Position numbers and translations under genes: made by a program
The notes under the pieces: model-generated
Told to the model about the DNA's origin: nothing
Databases searched by the model: none
What the model saw: the letters and a program-made list of their open reading frames with translations, nothing else
Shown: positions 8,368 to 18,627 of the stretch, piece by piece
Layout: the number at the start of each line of letters is the position of its first letter
Position numbering within the stretch: position 1 is the stretch's first letter
Virus record (IMG/VR): IMGVR_UViG_3300025467_000019
Location: 1-59,062 of that record
Strand: one strand, 5' to 3'
Length of the DNA: 59,062 nt
Source of the DNA: a virus
Taxonomy: Duplodnaviria > Caudoviricetes

Positions 8368-11300
8368 TTATTTGAATGTAGCTATAGAAGCAAACACCGC
8401 ATATGTAGGTGTGGATGTTAGTTTGGTTACAGAGAAAGTATAGATATCGTTTGCGTTTGCGTTGCCTGAGGAAGGTGCCGAACCACCCTGCCACTTTGGT
8501 GTTACTGCAGTACCGTCAATTTGAGTAGCAGTTTGATACCAAGGTGTGGCACCATTAGTTACAATGAGTGCTAGTGTAACTGTTTGACCTACACCTAATG
8601 TACTGTTTAATGTAGTAGTACTATTACCACGTATATTAAGCACCCAATTGTTAGCATTGTTTGATGTGTAGAATTGTATACCTTGTGTTAATACATCAAA
8701 GTTTGTTGTAGCAGCAGGCGCCAAACCGGTATTAGAAGTAGTTTCTAATACTGTTTGTTCGGTTACTATACCACCGTTAATATTTAAATTGCCCCCGACA
8801 GTTACAGTCGTTCCGTTATCTTGTATTATACTATTAGTAGTAGCAAACGACCCGCTCCATTTAGTTATATAATTTGAGGTACCACTACCTATGATATTAA
8901 CTGTGGGGGTAATTTGAAGATAATTTCCAGTTGGTACGGCTATAGTAGAGCTATTCGTCCAGCTTGTTCCTGGTGTAACGTTAATACGATACCAGGAATT
9001 TTGAGAATATACACCAAATACAGCATATATAGTATAAGAAGAACTATTGTTTTGAACTATATAAAAATTGCTAGGAGATTGAGAATTAGCACCTAAACCA
9101 CCATTATATACAGCTACTCCATCCGCATAAAATGCTCCACTAACACCAGACTGAGAAGAACTGTTATTAGAAGTTTTAAAATATAAAGTGGTGTATTGAT
9201 CTTGAGAGGTGCTGGCATTATAACCCGCGTGAGAGGCTATTTCCATTACAAGTACACAACCACCTTGAGAAGTATTCCAGGTACCAATATTTACATAACC
9301 AGATGTACCATATGTTTCTGGTAGTGTGTATGTTGGTAACATACCAGAATAACCACTTACACCGGAAGTACCTGAAAAACCAGAATAACCGCTTATACCA
9401 GACGTGCCAGAATAACCTGATATACCAGAAGTACCACTGAAGCCGCTAAACCCGCTAAACCCAGACCAACCGCTTATACCAGAAGTACCAGAAAAACCAC
9501 TAATACCGCTTGGGCCGCTAGTACCGCTAGTACCACTGTAACCAGACACTCCAGAGTAACCGCTTATGCCACTGTAACCGCTTATACCAGATGTACCAGA
9601 CCATCCTGAGGTACCACTAAAACCTGAGAAACTTGAATACCCACTTATACCTGAAGTACCAGACCATCCTGAAATACCGCTATAGCCACTATAACCCGAA
9701 TTACCGTAAGCAATTAAATTAGCACTAAAGTATGTGCCTTGACCGGCACCACCGCCCTGTTGTATGGTTTGATTAGTTGGGTTACCAGAATAAACGGTAA
9801 AGTCCATATAATCAGTAGTACCATTTAAATAAACTATTTTTGATTCAGTTTGAGTATAGCCAATACCAGATAAAATCTGAGTCTGATTAATAGCTTGTGT
9901 CGCTCCGTTTTTTCTAAATTGAATATTTGTCTGGTTGGTTACTGTAGACCCTACAGACCACCATACTTGATATGTAACGTTATAGTAACCTGCTACAGTT
10001 GGAGTGAATCTAAAGTTTGATGGGTTATACCAACCGTTAGGATCAATTGAAGCAACAAATGGTACTATTCTGTCTAAACTAGAAGTAACAACTGTATCAC
10101 CACTTAATTGTGCAACTGTAAGGTAATTGCTTGCTGCAAATTGTCCTGGTAGACCAGAAAACCCACTAGTACCGCTATAACCAGACCAACCTGAAGTACC
10201 GCTAAAACCTGATACACCGGAATAACCTGATGTACCGCTCCATCCTGATGTACCGCTCCATCCTGATGTACCAGAAGTACCGCTGTAACCAGATATGCCT
10301 GAGTAGCCAGAAAAACTTGAATAACCGGACCAACCTGATATACCAGATGTACCTGAAGTACCACTGTAACCGGAAGTACCACTAACACCAGATGTACCTG
10401 AAGTACCACTGTAACCGGAAGTACCACTAACACCTGAATAACCGGACCAACCACTTGTACCAGAGTAACCTGATATACCAGAGTAACCACTTATACCGGA
10501 GTAGCCAGACCAACCAGATATACCGGAGTAACCACTTGCACCAGACCAGCCTGACGTACCACTAACGCCTGAATAACCAGACCAACCACTTGTACCTGAG
10601 TAGCCACTTACACCGCTATAGCCAGAGTAGCCTGACACTCCAGAATAACCAGATATACCGGAATAGCCGCTTATACCTGAGTAGCCAGAAAAACTTGAAT
10701 AACCGGACCAACCTGAAGTACCAGAATAACCGCTTATACCTGAATATCCACTTATTCCGCTATAACCACTATAACCGGAAATACCAGAAACACCAACAGC
10801 ACCTCTATATATACCTGTAGAAATGTTACTATAATGATCAGTTCCTAAATAGTAAAACTGTACAGCTACACCATTAACTGCAGTTGTTTTAGCAAATACT
10901 CTATATACTAAACGATCACTACCATCTGCAGTGAGTGTAATAGGTGTACCTATCGTATAACTTTGTTGTTGTTCTGCAGGGTTTGATGTATCTGTATTTG
11001 TTAAAGCATCTCCTTGAGCAGAAAACAATTGTACTTCAGTACCACCTGTGGTACGTCGGTATATAGAATGTATTAAGTTGGTAGTACTGGAACCTACTTG
11101 AGAACCTGTAATAGAGTAATAAGCTGTGAATACCCAAGTACCTTTACTTAAAAACGTTAATTCCGGATCTCCAACTTGCGTTATAAGTTGTCCTAAAGTA
11201 GTAACACCTTGACTTGCACTTATAGTGTAGTTAATGCTTGATTGAGAAGCTGATTCCGGTATTTGAGAAAGATACCCATATGTAATGCCTAAATCAGAAG

Positions 11301-11439
11301 CTGAATTAGTTGGGTAATACGTAACACCAACAGCAGGATTACCAGAATAACCTGAGTAACCTGATATACCAGAATATCCAGATTGACCTGAATAACCTAT
11401 TGGACCTTGAATTGCTTGATATACGAAAGTGTTACTCAT
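8368..11439 (-). CDS. (Gly-X-Ser)n collagen-like fibre protein with C1q-like domain (1023 aa)
   Basis: Several GXS blocks; RFTPTVAGYYNV...IVYLNGTTDYMDF...TYFSANLI is C1q-like; C-terminal KWQGGSAPS domain typical of phage fibre tips. Confidence 0.8.
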   Translation of the reverse strand: MSNTFVYQAIQGPIGYSGQSGYSGISGYSGYSGNPAVGVTYYPTNSASDLGITYGYLSQIPESASQSSINYTISASQGVTTLGQLITQVGDPELTFLSKGTWVFTAYYSITGSQVGSSTTNLIHSIYRRTTGGTEVQLFSAQGDALTNTDTSNPAEQQQSYTIGTPITLTADGSDRLVYRVFAKTTAVNGVAVQFYYLGTDHYSNISTGIYRGAVGVSGISGYSGYSGISGYSGISGYSGTSGWSGYSSFSGYSGISGYSGISGYSGVSGYSGYSGVSGYSGTSGWSGYSGVSGTSGWSGASGYSGISGWSGYSGISGYSGISGYSGTSGWSGYSGVSGTSGYSGTSGTSGVSGTSGYSGTSGTSGISGWSGYSSFSGYSGISGYSGTSGTSGWSGTSGWSGTSGYSGVSGFSGTSGWSGYSGTSGFSGLPGQFAASNYLTVAQLSGDTVVTSSLDRIVPFVASIDPNGWYNPSNFRFTPTVAGYYNVTYQVWWSVGSTVTNQTNIQFRKNGATQAINQTQILSGIGYTQTESKIVYLNGTTDYMDFTVYSGNPTNQTIQQGGGAGQGTYFSANLIAYGNSGYSGYSGISGWSGTSGISGYSSFSGFSGTSGWSGTSGISGYSGISGYSGVSGYSGTSGTSGPSGISGFSGTSGISGWSGFSGFSGFSGTSGISGYSGTSGISGYSGFSGTSGVSGYSGMLPTYTLPETYGTSGYVNIGTWNTSQGGCVLVMEIASHAGYNASTSQDQYTTLYFKTSNNSSSQSGVSGAFYADGVAVYNGGLGANSQSPSNFYIVQNNSSSYTIYAVFGVYSQNSWYRINVTPGTSWTNSSTIAVPTGNYLQITPTVNIIGSGTSNYITKWSGSFATTNSIIQDNGTTVTVGGNLNINGGIVTEQTVLETTSNTGLAPAATTNFDVLTQGIQFYTSNNANNWVLNIRGNSTTTLNSTLGVGQTVTLALIVTNGATPWYQTATQIDGTAVTPKWQGGSAPSSGNANANDIYTFSVTKLTSTPTYAVFASIATFK

Positions 11440-11448
11440 TGATTATAT

Positions 11449-12240
11449 TTATTGAGAGATGTACCTCAATGAACCGACCATTGAAGCAGGTGTAGAAAAG
11501 ATATTTGGTGTAAGATTTACAGTTGATCCAGGGCCTATATTGTACAGTATAAATCCTTGATTAGTACCTTCATTACCGCCTGTTATACCTTGACCCCCAC
11601 CGGTAAGCCCGGCATAACGATAAACACTTAAATCTCCAAACGGCATTAATAACGGGCCGTTTTCTACCGCGAACGGCAAATTAACTAAATAAAGATTAGC
11701 TGAATTTGATACACCTGTAAACGCAGATACTGATATATTAAAAGTGCAATACACATATCTACCAGTCTTTATATACGCCCCTACTGGTGTACCGCCACTA
11801 TAACCTACAGCAGACAAAGCATACCCGGCGGCTGATATTTGAGGTACCCAGGTACCGCTAATTTGTGCTGCATAAGTACCAGATGGTGGTGCTACATAAG
11901 CTGTTGTTTGACGGGTATTGTCTCCAAATGTGATCCCATAACTTGGGTTAATTTCTATTTCAGTAGTACTTAAAGCGCCTGTAAGTGTTACCTGCCCACC
12001 ACTTGTAACTAAAAAGATTGAAGTACCGAGCGTGGGGGAAACAACATTAAAGCCACCTCTACTAATTTGTACATTACCGGATGTATTTGATAATGCAACC
12101 CCTGTAATACCAGACACTTGATTAGCTAAATTGACTGAACCATACGACAACCAAATATCTTTAAATGGGTGTGTTGTAGTACCAACTGACCAGGCACTGG
12201 ATGAAGGCACTAAAGTATCTCTATAGTAATTATAACTCAT
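11449..12240 (-). CDS. tail-fibre-like protein (263 aa)
   Basis: GITFGDNTRQTTA and SGTWVP...GAYIKTGRYVYCTF...LVNLPF fibre motifs; lies between two GXS genes. Confidence 0.7.
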   Translation of the reverse strand: MSYNYYRDTLVPSSSAWSVGTTTHPFKDIWLSYGSVNLANQVSGITGVALSNTSGNVQISRGGFNVVSPTLGTSIFLVTSGGQVTLTGALSTTEIEINPSYGITFGDNTRQTTAYVAPPSGTYAAQISGTWVPQISAAGYALSAVGYSGGTPVGAYIKTGRYVYCTFNISVSAFTGVSNSANLYLVNLPFAVENGPLLMPFGDLSVYRYAGLTGGGQGITGGNEGTNQGFILYNIGPGSTVNLTPNIFSTPASMVGSLRYISQ

Positions 12241-12243
12241 GTA

Positions 12244-13527
12244 TTAAATAATGTTCCAGTTGTTGTTAAATATGATTTCTATTGCAGCATAATTACCTAC
12301 CATTACTGCTGTAGGTAAACCATCAATGGTGTTAGGTGTAGTGGCAGAAACTGTAATAGTATAATTGTTATTAGTTATTACTCCTGACTCGTCTTTAATA
12401 TAATACTTTGTACCGGTAATACCAACTGGTAATACAACCACTGCATTACCTGGGTAATTAACTCCAATATAATAATCGTTAGCTGTTGCTGTATAAGTTG
12501 ATAATGAATCTGAATAAGTTGTATATAGTTTACCAACCACAATACCAGAGTTCTGTATGCCGCGTTCATTTACTACTACTGCTGTAGATGAAGTAATAGC
12601 GCGCATAATTGGTTTAGAAACTGTGTTAGCTGCACTTGGAGAATACGTTACTGTAGCACCAGCTGTAACATCGCTTAAGTAATAGCACTCCCCAGGGGTT
12701 AAACCTATTAAACCATTTATTAAACCGTCATATACAATTGTAAATTGTGTTGCTGTAGCAGTTTGTACCACACCGGTTGCTTCAGCATGAGTTGCACTGT
12801 CAGCTTGTGCTAAATACCAACCACCAGAAGTGTTATCAAGTCTCACTACTTGACCAGCACTAAATGTGTTAGTGTATGTAATAGTTTGACTTGAAATGTT
12901 AACCGGGGAACCACTAAAGCCTGATACACCGCTAAAGCCGCTAAAACCTGATGTACCTGAATAACCAATGTAACCAGAAATACCGCTATAACCACTATAG
13001 CCTGAAGTACCCGAGTAACCGCTTATACCACTAAACCCGCTAGTACCGCTAAAACCTGAAATACCGGAATATCCAGAAAAACCTGATGTACCAGAATAAC
13101 CTGATGTACCACTAAAGCCTGACGTGCCTGAATAACCGCTATATCCAGACCAACCTGATGTACCAGAAGCGCCGCTAAAACCTGACGTACCTGAATAACC
13201 AGAAGTGCCACTAAACCCTGACACACCACTAGAACCTGAAATACCAGAATAACCACTAAAGCCTGATACACCTGAGTAACCACTTACACCTGAGTAACCG
13301 CTTATGCCGCTGTAGCCTGAAAAACCAGAAACACCTGAAGTACCGCTGAAACCGCTTGTACCAGACCAACCACTATAACCGCTGTAGCCAGATGTACCAC
13401 TAATACCTGACCAACCAGAGACGCCTGATGTACCAGAAACCCCTGAAGTGCCAATATATCCTCTGACACCACTATAACCAGAATATCCAGATACACCTAC
13501 AGGATTATAAATTTTATCAAAAGCCAT
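12244..13527 (-). CDS. (Gly-X-Ser)n collagen-like fibre protein (427 aa)
   Basis: About 195 aa of GXS, then the AQAD...ATGVV...YYLSD module and a fibre-type C-terminus (DYYIGV...LP...GTKYYIKDESG...TIDG...W). Confidence 0.8.
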   Translation of the reverse strand: MAFDKIYNPVGVSGYSGYSGVRGYIGTSGVSGTSGVSGWSGISGTSGYSGYSGWSGTSGFSGTSGVSGFSGYSGISGYSGVSGYSGVSGFSGYSGISGSSGVSGFSGTSGYSGTSGFSGASGTSGWSGYSGYSGTSGFSGTSGYSGTSGFSGYSGISGFSGTSGFSGISGYSGTSGYSGYSGISGYIGYSGTSGFSGFSGVSGFSGSPVNISSQTITYTNTFSAGQVVRLDNTSGGWYLAQADSATHAEATGVVQTATATQFTIVYDGLINGLIGLTPGECYYLSDVTAGATVTYSPSAANTVSKPIMRAITSSTAVVVNERGIQNSGIVVGKLYTTYSDSLSTYTATANDYYIGVNYPGNAVVVLPVGITGTKYYIKDESGVITNNNYTITVSATTPNTIDGLPTAVMVGNYAAIEIIFNNNWNII

Positions 13528-13631
13528 GGAAAGATTAATAAATATTTACACATACCAACCTAAACAATCTATGGGTTGATATAAAATACCTGGGTTGCAA
13601 TTTAAACACCAAGTACTCAATACATATAATA

Positions 13632-15401
13632 ATGCCAAAGCCCCCTAAAGAGACTTTTTACTTGGGTAACAAGAACTTACCTGTTCCTGATACTAATTTT
13701 AACTGGACACCAGAAATGGTAGAGGATTTGGAAAGAGCACGTAAATCCGTATTACATTTTTCTCGCTTTTTTTATATTGTTAATTTGGATGAAGGTAAGC
13801 AGCAAATAAAATTATATCCATATCAAAAGCGGATATTAAAAGCGCTTGTAGAGAACAGGTTTAACGTAGTGTTAGCAAGTCGACAAATAGGAAAAACGAC
13901 TATCTTAACTATATTCGCATTATGGATGGTTTGTTTTCAAGATGATTTTCGAGTACTGTTAATTGCTAACAAAGAAGGTACTGCAATTAACATATTTAAA
14001 CGTATTCGTTTAGCATATGAAATGTTACCTAATTATATGAAACCAGGGGTAATCAATTATGCTAAAACCGGGTTAGAACTAGCTAATGGTAGTTCAATTG
14101 GTATTAGTACAACAACATCTGATGCTGCTAGAGGTGAATCTATTAATTGTTTGCTGATTGATGAAGCAGCTTTTATTCCTGCTGAGTTTATGAACGATTT
14201 CTGGGAATCAGTATTTCCAGTTATTTCGTCTTCCAAAAAATCTAAAATTTTTATGTTATCAACACCTAATGGTGTAGGTAATTTATTTTATAACATATAT
14301 ACAGAATCTTTAGACAGTAGTAACGGGTGGCATAATGAAAGAGTAGATTGGTGGGAGGTACCCGGTAGAGATGAAGCATGGAAAGAAATGACATCTAAAG
14401 CGCTTGGTTCTGTAGAGGCTTTTAATCAAGAATACGGTAATGAGTTTAGAGCAGCGGGTGAAAATGCTTTAGATAATGACTTAATGTTGCAGTTTGAAAA
14501 AACATCTCCGTCACCGATACTGACAAGCGAGGATGAATGCTATAAAATATATATTGAAAGAAAACAAAGTCATTTTTACACTATAGGGGTTGACGTTGGA
14601 GATGGTATAGGAAGAGCTAACTCTACTATTCAAGTACTAGATATAACAGATTTAACTAACATAGAACAGGTAGCTGTGTATGCTAATAATAAGTTAGACC
14701 CGTATAATTTTGCTGCAAAGCTTGTAGAAATAGCCCATGAGTGGGGCAGACCACCATTATTAGTAGAACGTAATAATTGTGGCGCGCAGGTTATAGATGC
14801 TTTAGTACACACACACAATTATGACAGTTTAATAAAATACACTCCAAGTATGGGTACATTTACTGATAAAGCAGATAAAGACATGCGCAAGGGAGTGTAC
14901 TCTCATACAAATAGTAAATTCAATGCTATGGCTAATTTAAGATACTGGATGACTACTTTACGATGTCTTAAAATATACGATAAAGAAACTATAAATGAAT
15001 TTAAGACATATGTTAAACAAGCAAACGGTGTATGGAAAAAACAATCCGATCGTTATTTAGATGATAGAGTAGAAGCTTTAATATGGGCTTTATTTGTTTT
15101 AGATGCTAAAGTGGTTGAACAGCATTATGAATTATTAGAAAAAGACGGTAATGGTAAACCGTTAAAAATTATACCACTTGATTGGGATCCTTTTAATGTA
15201 CCGGAAATAGAACTACCAAGTCAAGAAGACCTTTATAGTAGATACACAAGAGGTAAACAGAATGATATATCAGTACGTAATCCAGCTTTCTTACAAGGTA
15301 AAACAGACAACAATAATGAAATAGATGAGTTATTATCACAAGGCTGGAAACCAGTTAATTTTAATTCAGCTTCTGGTAGGTTAAACGGCGGAATGTATTA
15401 G
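13632..15401 (+). CDS. terL: terminase large subunit (T4 gp17-like)
   Basis: LYPYQ adenine-binding motif, SRQIGKTT Walker A, LLIDEAAF Walker B, STPNG, FNQEY, nuclease domain IGVDVGDG...DDRV. Confidence 0.97.
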   Translation: MPKPPKETFYLGNKNLPVPDTNFNWTPEMVEDLERARKSVLHFSRFFYIVNLDEGKQQIKLYPYQKRILKALVENRFNVVLASRQIGKTTILTIFALWMVCFQDDFRVLLIANKEGTAINIFKRIRLAYEMLPNYMKPGVINYAKTGLELANGSSIGISTTTSDAARGESINCLLIDEAAFIPAEFMNDFWESVFPVISSSKKSKIFMLSTPNGVGNLFYNIYTESLDSSNGWHNERVDWWEVPGRDEAWKEMTSKALGSVEAFNQEYGNEFRAAGENALDNDLMLQFEKTSPSPILTSEDECYKIYIERKQSHFYTIGVDVGDGIGRANSTIQVLDITDLTNIEQVAVYANNKLDPYNFAAKLVEIAHEWGRPPLLVERNNCGAQVIDALVHTHNYDSLIKYTPSMGTFTDKADKDMRKGVYSHTNSKFNAMANLRYWMTTLRCLKIYDKETINEFKTYVKQANGVWKKQSDRYLDDRVEALIWALFVLDAKVVEQHYELLEKDGNGKPLKIIPLDWDPFNVPEIELPSQEDLYSRYTRGKQNDISVRNPAFLQGKTDNNNEIDELLSQGWKPVNFNSASGRLNGGMY

Positions 15402-15407
15402 AACAAT

Positions 15408-15436
15408 AAAAAAGCCCTTATTGCTAAGGGCTTTTT
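15408..15436. terminator. bidirectional intrinsic terminator
   Basis: aaaaaagccctta-ttgc-taagggcttttt between convergent genes. Confidence 0.9.
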
Positions 15437-15459
15437 AAATGTATGTCTTTTACTATGTC

Positions 15460-16533
15460 TTAACCTTCAAACATGTTCTTGTCACCCATTGGTTCTTTAG
15501 CGCCAGCTGTGAACTTTTTAATGTTTTGAAGCTTGTTCTTGTTACCATGAAGTGCAGATTCATCGCCTTCAATTTCTTTAGCTTCTGGTTCATTTCTAAT
15601 CTTACCTTTATCAGCTGTACCACCGACTTTCTTGATCTTTGGGCTATCTGTCATTGGCTTGTTTACTGGATCAGGATTACCTTTTTTTAAGGAACCGTTA
15701 ACTTTTGTTAAAACGTGACCGAGGTCTTCTGCTTCAACATCTTCAGCTACCATACCTTCTTCTTCCTCTTCTTCTTCATGACCAGCAATCTCTTGATCTT
15801 CATCACCTAAGTCACCATGTTCAGCATCAACTTCTTTATCCTTTTCGAGGAATGCAAGGAGCTTTCTAGCTGCTTCAATTGCTTCAGCATGTGTAAACAT
15901 TTCTTCTTCGCCGCCCATTTCTTCATCACCCATAGGTGTTTCACTATCAGCAGCAGCGTCAGTAGCAGAAGCAACGCCAGCTTCTTCTTCATCGTGCATC
16001 ATTGCTTCTTCGTTTTCGTTGAAAGGAATACCTTTTAGTGCTTCCTCGTATAGGTTATCGAATTTTGATTTTGACATAGTAAACTTTGGTTTGTAGTTAT
16101 ATTTATTGTTTTCTGCTACGGTTTCTTTAACTTTTTCCTTTGAGGTGGTGTTTTTTTCAGCTTTTGTATCTGTTTCATCAGTTACTTCAGGTTCTTTATC
16201 TTCTTCTTCATCTTTCATTAACTTATTATCTGAACCAGGATCTTCCATCTTATCTACTGGTTTAAAACCACTTTTCTTAGGAACCAATCCAGCTGGACCT
16301 GAATTCTTTAATACAGCGTTAACTTCTGCGCCGTCTACCTTTTTAACTGCTTCTTTTGGACCACCGCCTAACAGGCTACCAGCCTTGACCATTTCTTCAG
16401 TTAAATAAACACTCGTATCAGTTTGTACTACTTCCTTCTGTGCATTTTCATTTACAGTTTCAGGAATAATTTGTTTGGATGCAGCTATGTTGCTGTATAA
16501 GTCTCCAAGACCAGAAAAGGATTTAATCTTCAT
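15460..16533 (-). CDS. highly charged, probably disordered late protein (357 aa)
   Basis: E/D/K-rich; TAAATA on the minus strand at 16543-16548; possible head-internal or scaffold-like protein. Confidence 0.75.
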   Translation of the reverse strand: MKIKSFSGLGDLYSNIAASKQIIPETVNENAQKEVVQTDTSVYLTEEMVKAGSLLGGGPKEAVKKVDGAEVNAVLKNSGPAGLVPKKSGFKPVDKMEDPGSDNKLMKDEEEDKEPEVTDETDTKAEKNTTSKEKVKETVAENNKYNYKPKFTMSKSKFDNLYEEALKGIPFNENEEAMMHDEEEAGVASATDAAADSETPMGDEEMGGEEEMFTHAEAIEAARKLLAFLEKDKEVDAEHGDLGDEDQEIAGHEEEEEEEGMVAEDVEAEDLGHVLTKVNGSLKKGNPDPVNKPMTDSPKIKKVGGTADKGKIRNEPEAKEIEGDESALHGNKNKLQNIKKFTAGAKEPMGDKNMFEG

Positions 16534-16542
16534 TTACAACAA

Positions 16543-16585
16543 TATTTAGCATATCTAACGTTAAATCTATGTGGTATAGTAAATA
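16543..16585. promoter_or_regulatory. divergent pair of T4-late-like TAAATA boxes
   Basis: Minus-strand TAAATA at 16543-16548 before ATG 16533; plus-strand TAAATA at 16580-16585 before ATG 16592. Confidence 0.65.
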
Positions 16586-16591
16586 AATTTA

Positions 16592-17530
16592 ATGGGGTAC
16601 GTTTCTTATATATCTAAATATTGTATTGATACAGGAACTTACACACCACCCGGAGTTGATGACGTAGGTCCGCAATTAAGTGGTGGATTTAATTGTGCTT
16701 ACGGAACTAGCGGGATTAATTACCTTAATGTAAATGATAACCAATCCCAGATAGCATTGTTTGGTAGTTGGTGGCAAGAACAGATAAGTCAATTCGGTCA
16801 ACAAATTAACTATTATATTAATGGTTATAATTTATCTGCTCATGATTATCTTTACGGAGAAATGCCTTTAGTTCGTTTTGCTCCACCAATCCCGATGATC
16901 ATGGCTATTACATTAAGTAATGATAATGTTATATTACGCAAATTCGGGTTAGAAGGTCAAGCGGATATGACCGCTTTAGTGTCTATTGCTACATTTACTA
17001 GTACGGTTACTTCAGTTAGTGGGGCACTTTCAGCTTATAGATATGAACCTAAAGCAGGAGATCTCATTGAGTTAGCTCAATATGGTTCTACTCGTCCTAA
17101 CGGTAGAACTGGTAAAGTATTTGAAATAACTGAAAGATTAGATGAAGCAGATAACGAGCAGAACAATCAATTGTTAGGTCATTATGTTTGGACTATAAAA
17201 GCTAAACGTTACGAATTTGATTACGAACTCAGTGCTCCACGTGAAAAGAAAATGGATCAAGTATTTGATAACAAATACGATGGTCCAGTTAACAGTCTTC
17301 CAAAAGTATTGGAAACTAAAGAATACACTCAATTTGTTGATAAACCGTCAGCAGATGTATTTGATTACAGAGAAAATGCTCAATCCAACACAAGCGTTTA
17401 CGGGGATTATGAAGATACCAACGTACTTGTAAATCTAATTGGTGTAACTAATCGAGCTGGTACAGTAACAGGGGCGGTAGCAGTTTCTGGTGCTAATACA
17501 TATCTAGTTGCTAAGAGCCCTAATAACTAA
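16592..17530 (+). CDS. neck protein (T4 gp14-like)
   Basis: EQISQFGQQINYY...LYGE...LRKFGL...PKAGDLI...VFEIT...QLLGHYVWTIKAKRYEFDYE. Confidence 0.8.
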   Translation: MGYVSYISKYCIDTGTYTPPGVDDVGPQLSGGFNCAYGTSGINYLNVNDNQSQIALFGSWWQEQISQFGQQINYYINGYNLSAHDYLYGEMPLVRFAPPIPMIMAITLSNDNVILRKFGLEGQADMTALVSIATFTSTVTSVSGALSAYRYEPKAGDLIELAQYGSTRPNGRTGKVFEITERLDEADNEQNNQLLGHYVWTIKAKRYEFDYELSAPREKKMDQVFDNKYDGPVNSLPKVLETKEYTQFVDKPSADVFDYRENAQSNTSVYGDYEDTNVLVNLIGVTNRAGTVTGAVAVSGANTYLVAKSPNN

Positions 17531-17558
17531 CTGATATAATAATAAGTATTTAACTCAC

Positions 17559-18626
17559 ATGTCCGTAGATTACCCAAATTTAATATTTCCACACGAGTTA
17601 CCAACAGTACCAGGTCTATCCGGACAGGATCTAATTTACCTCGAACAACCAAACGGTGATGGTACATACACCTCATACGCGATTTCTTTATCTGCTTTAT
17701 TTGGATGGAGTGGTGCAAGTGGTGGGGGTGGTGGTGGCTCAGGTGTGTCGGGTTATTCTGGTGTATCAGGTTATTCAGGTGCATCTGGTGCACCTGGTGG
17801 TACGTCCGGTTGGTCCGGTATTTCAGGTTATTCTGGTGCGACTGGTATTGCAGGTACACCTGGCGCTTCAGGTATATCTGGTTACTCTGGTGCTACAGGC
17901 GCTACAGGTCTTGCCGGTATTTCAGGCTTCTCTGGTTATTCTGGTGCAGCTGGTTCAGATTATACTTTCCCGTCAAACTTAACGGTATCTTTAGCTGCAG
18001 GCTATACATTTGGTCAATACAAAAACGGAGATGTTATACCTGCTGCAGGTTTAACAGTACAAGAAGTTATCAATTTAGCTATAAGCGGTACAATACCTAC
18101 CCCTACTCCTACTCCAATACCTACTATTACCCCTACACCAACTGTTACCCCAACAGTTACTCCTACTCCTACTCCTGCAGCTACTCACACCCCTACACCG
18201 ACACCTACAATTACACCTACTCCAACAGTAACACCTACTCCTACACCTACCCCAACTCGTACTCCTACCCCGACCCCTACCCCTACTGTTTTAACTGGTG
18301 TAATTTATTTCGGTCCATCTGCAGCAGTACCAACAACTTCAAGCGACGTACAAGCTTTAAGTTCAACTTATACAAACGGTGCAAATCCATTTAATTTCTG
18401 GACTGGTACGGCATATAACAATTTTACAGTAGCTTTACCTACTACAAATAGTTTAGTAAGCATAATTGATGCGAATGCGTTCTTCGTTGATTTAACTGAT
18501 CACTTCAGCACTCAAAGCACAATAAGCATAACTGTAGGTGGAACTCCTACTAACTATAACCTATATACTATGACAAACGCTATACCATATAGCCCTTCAC
18601 ATAAACTATTAGTAACATTTTCATAA
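17559..18626 (+). CDS. virion-type protein with GXS/GAT collagen-like block and (Pro-Thr)n stalk (355 aa)
   Basis: GXS/GAT triplets at about aa 60-133; PTPTPT stretch of about 65 aa; TAAGTA at 17543-17548. Confidence 0.8.
   Translation: MSVDYPNLIFPHELPTVPGLSGQDLIYLEQPNGDGTYTSYAISLSALFGWSGASGGGGGGSGVSGYSGVSGYSGASGAPGGTSGWSGISGYSGATGIAGTPGASGISGYSGATGATGLAGISGFSGYSGAAGSDYTFPSNLTVSLAAGYTFGQYKNGDVIPAAGLTVQEVINLAISGTIPTPTPTPIPTITPTPTVTPTVTPTPTPAATHTPTPTPTITPTPTVTPTPTPTPTRTPTPTPTPTVLTGVIYFGPSAAVPTTSSDVQALSSTYTNGANPFNFWTGTAYNNFTVALPTTNSLVSIIDANAFFVDLTDHFSTQSTISITVGGTPTNYNLYTMTNAIPYSPSHKLLVTFS
18094..18290 (+). repeat. (Pro-Thr)n coding repeat
   Basis: Degenerate cctact/ccaact/cctaca hexamers. Confidence 0.85.
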
Positions 18627-18627
18627 T

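Noticed and set aside
13632-15401. Intein or intron in the terminase
   Set aside because: 589 aa with continuous ATPase and nuclease motifs and no intein or homing-endonuclease signature
17656-18394. W/C/Y/R-rich ORF 17705..18394 and ORF 17656..17982
   Set aside because: Alternate frames of the Gly-rich and Pro-Thr repeats of 17559..18626
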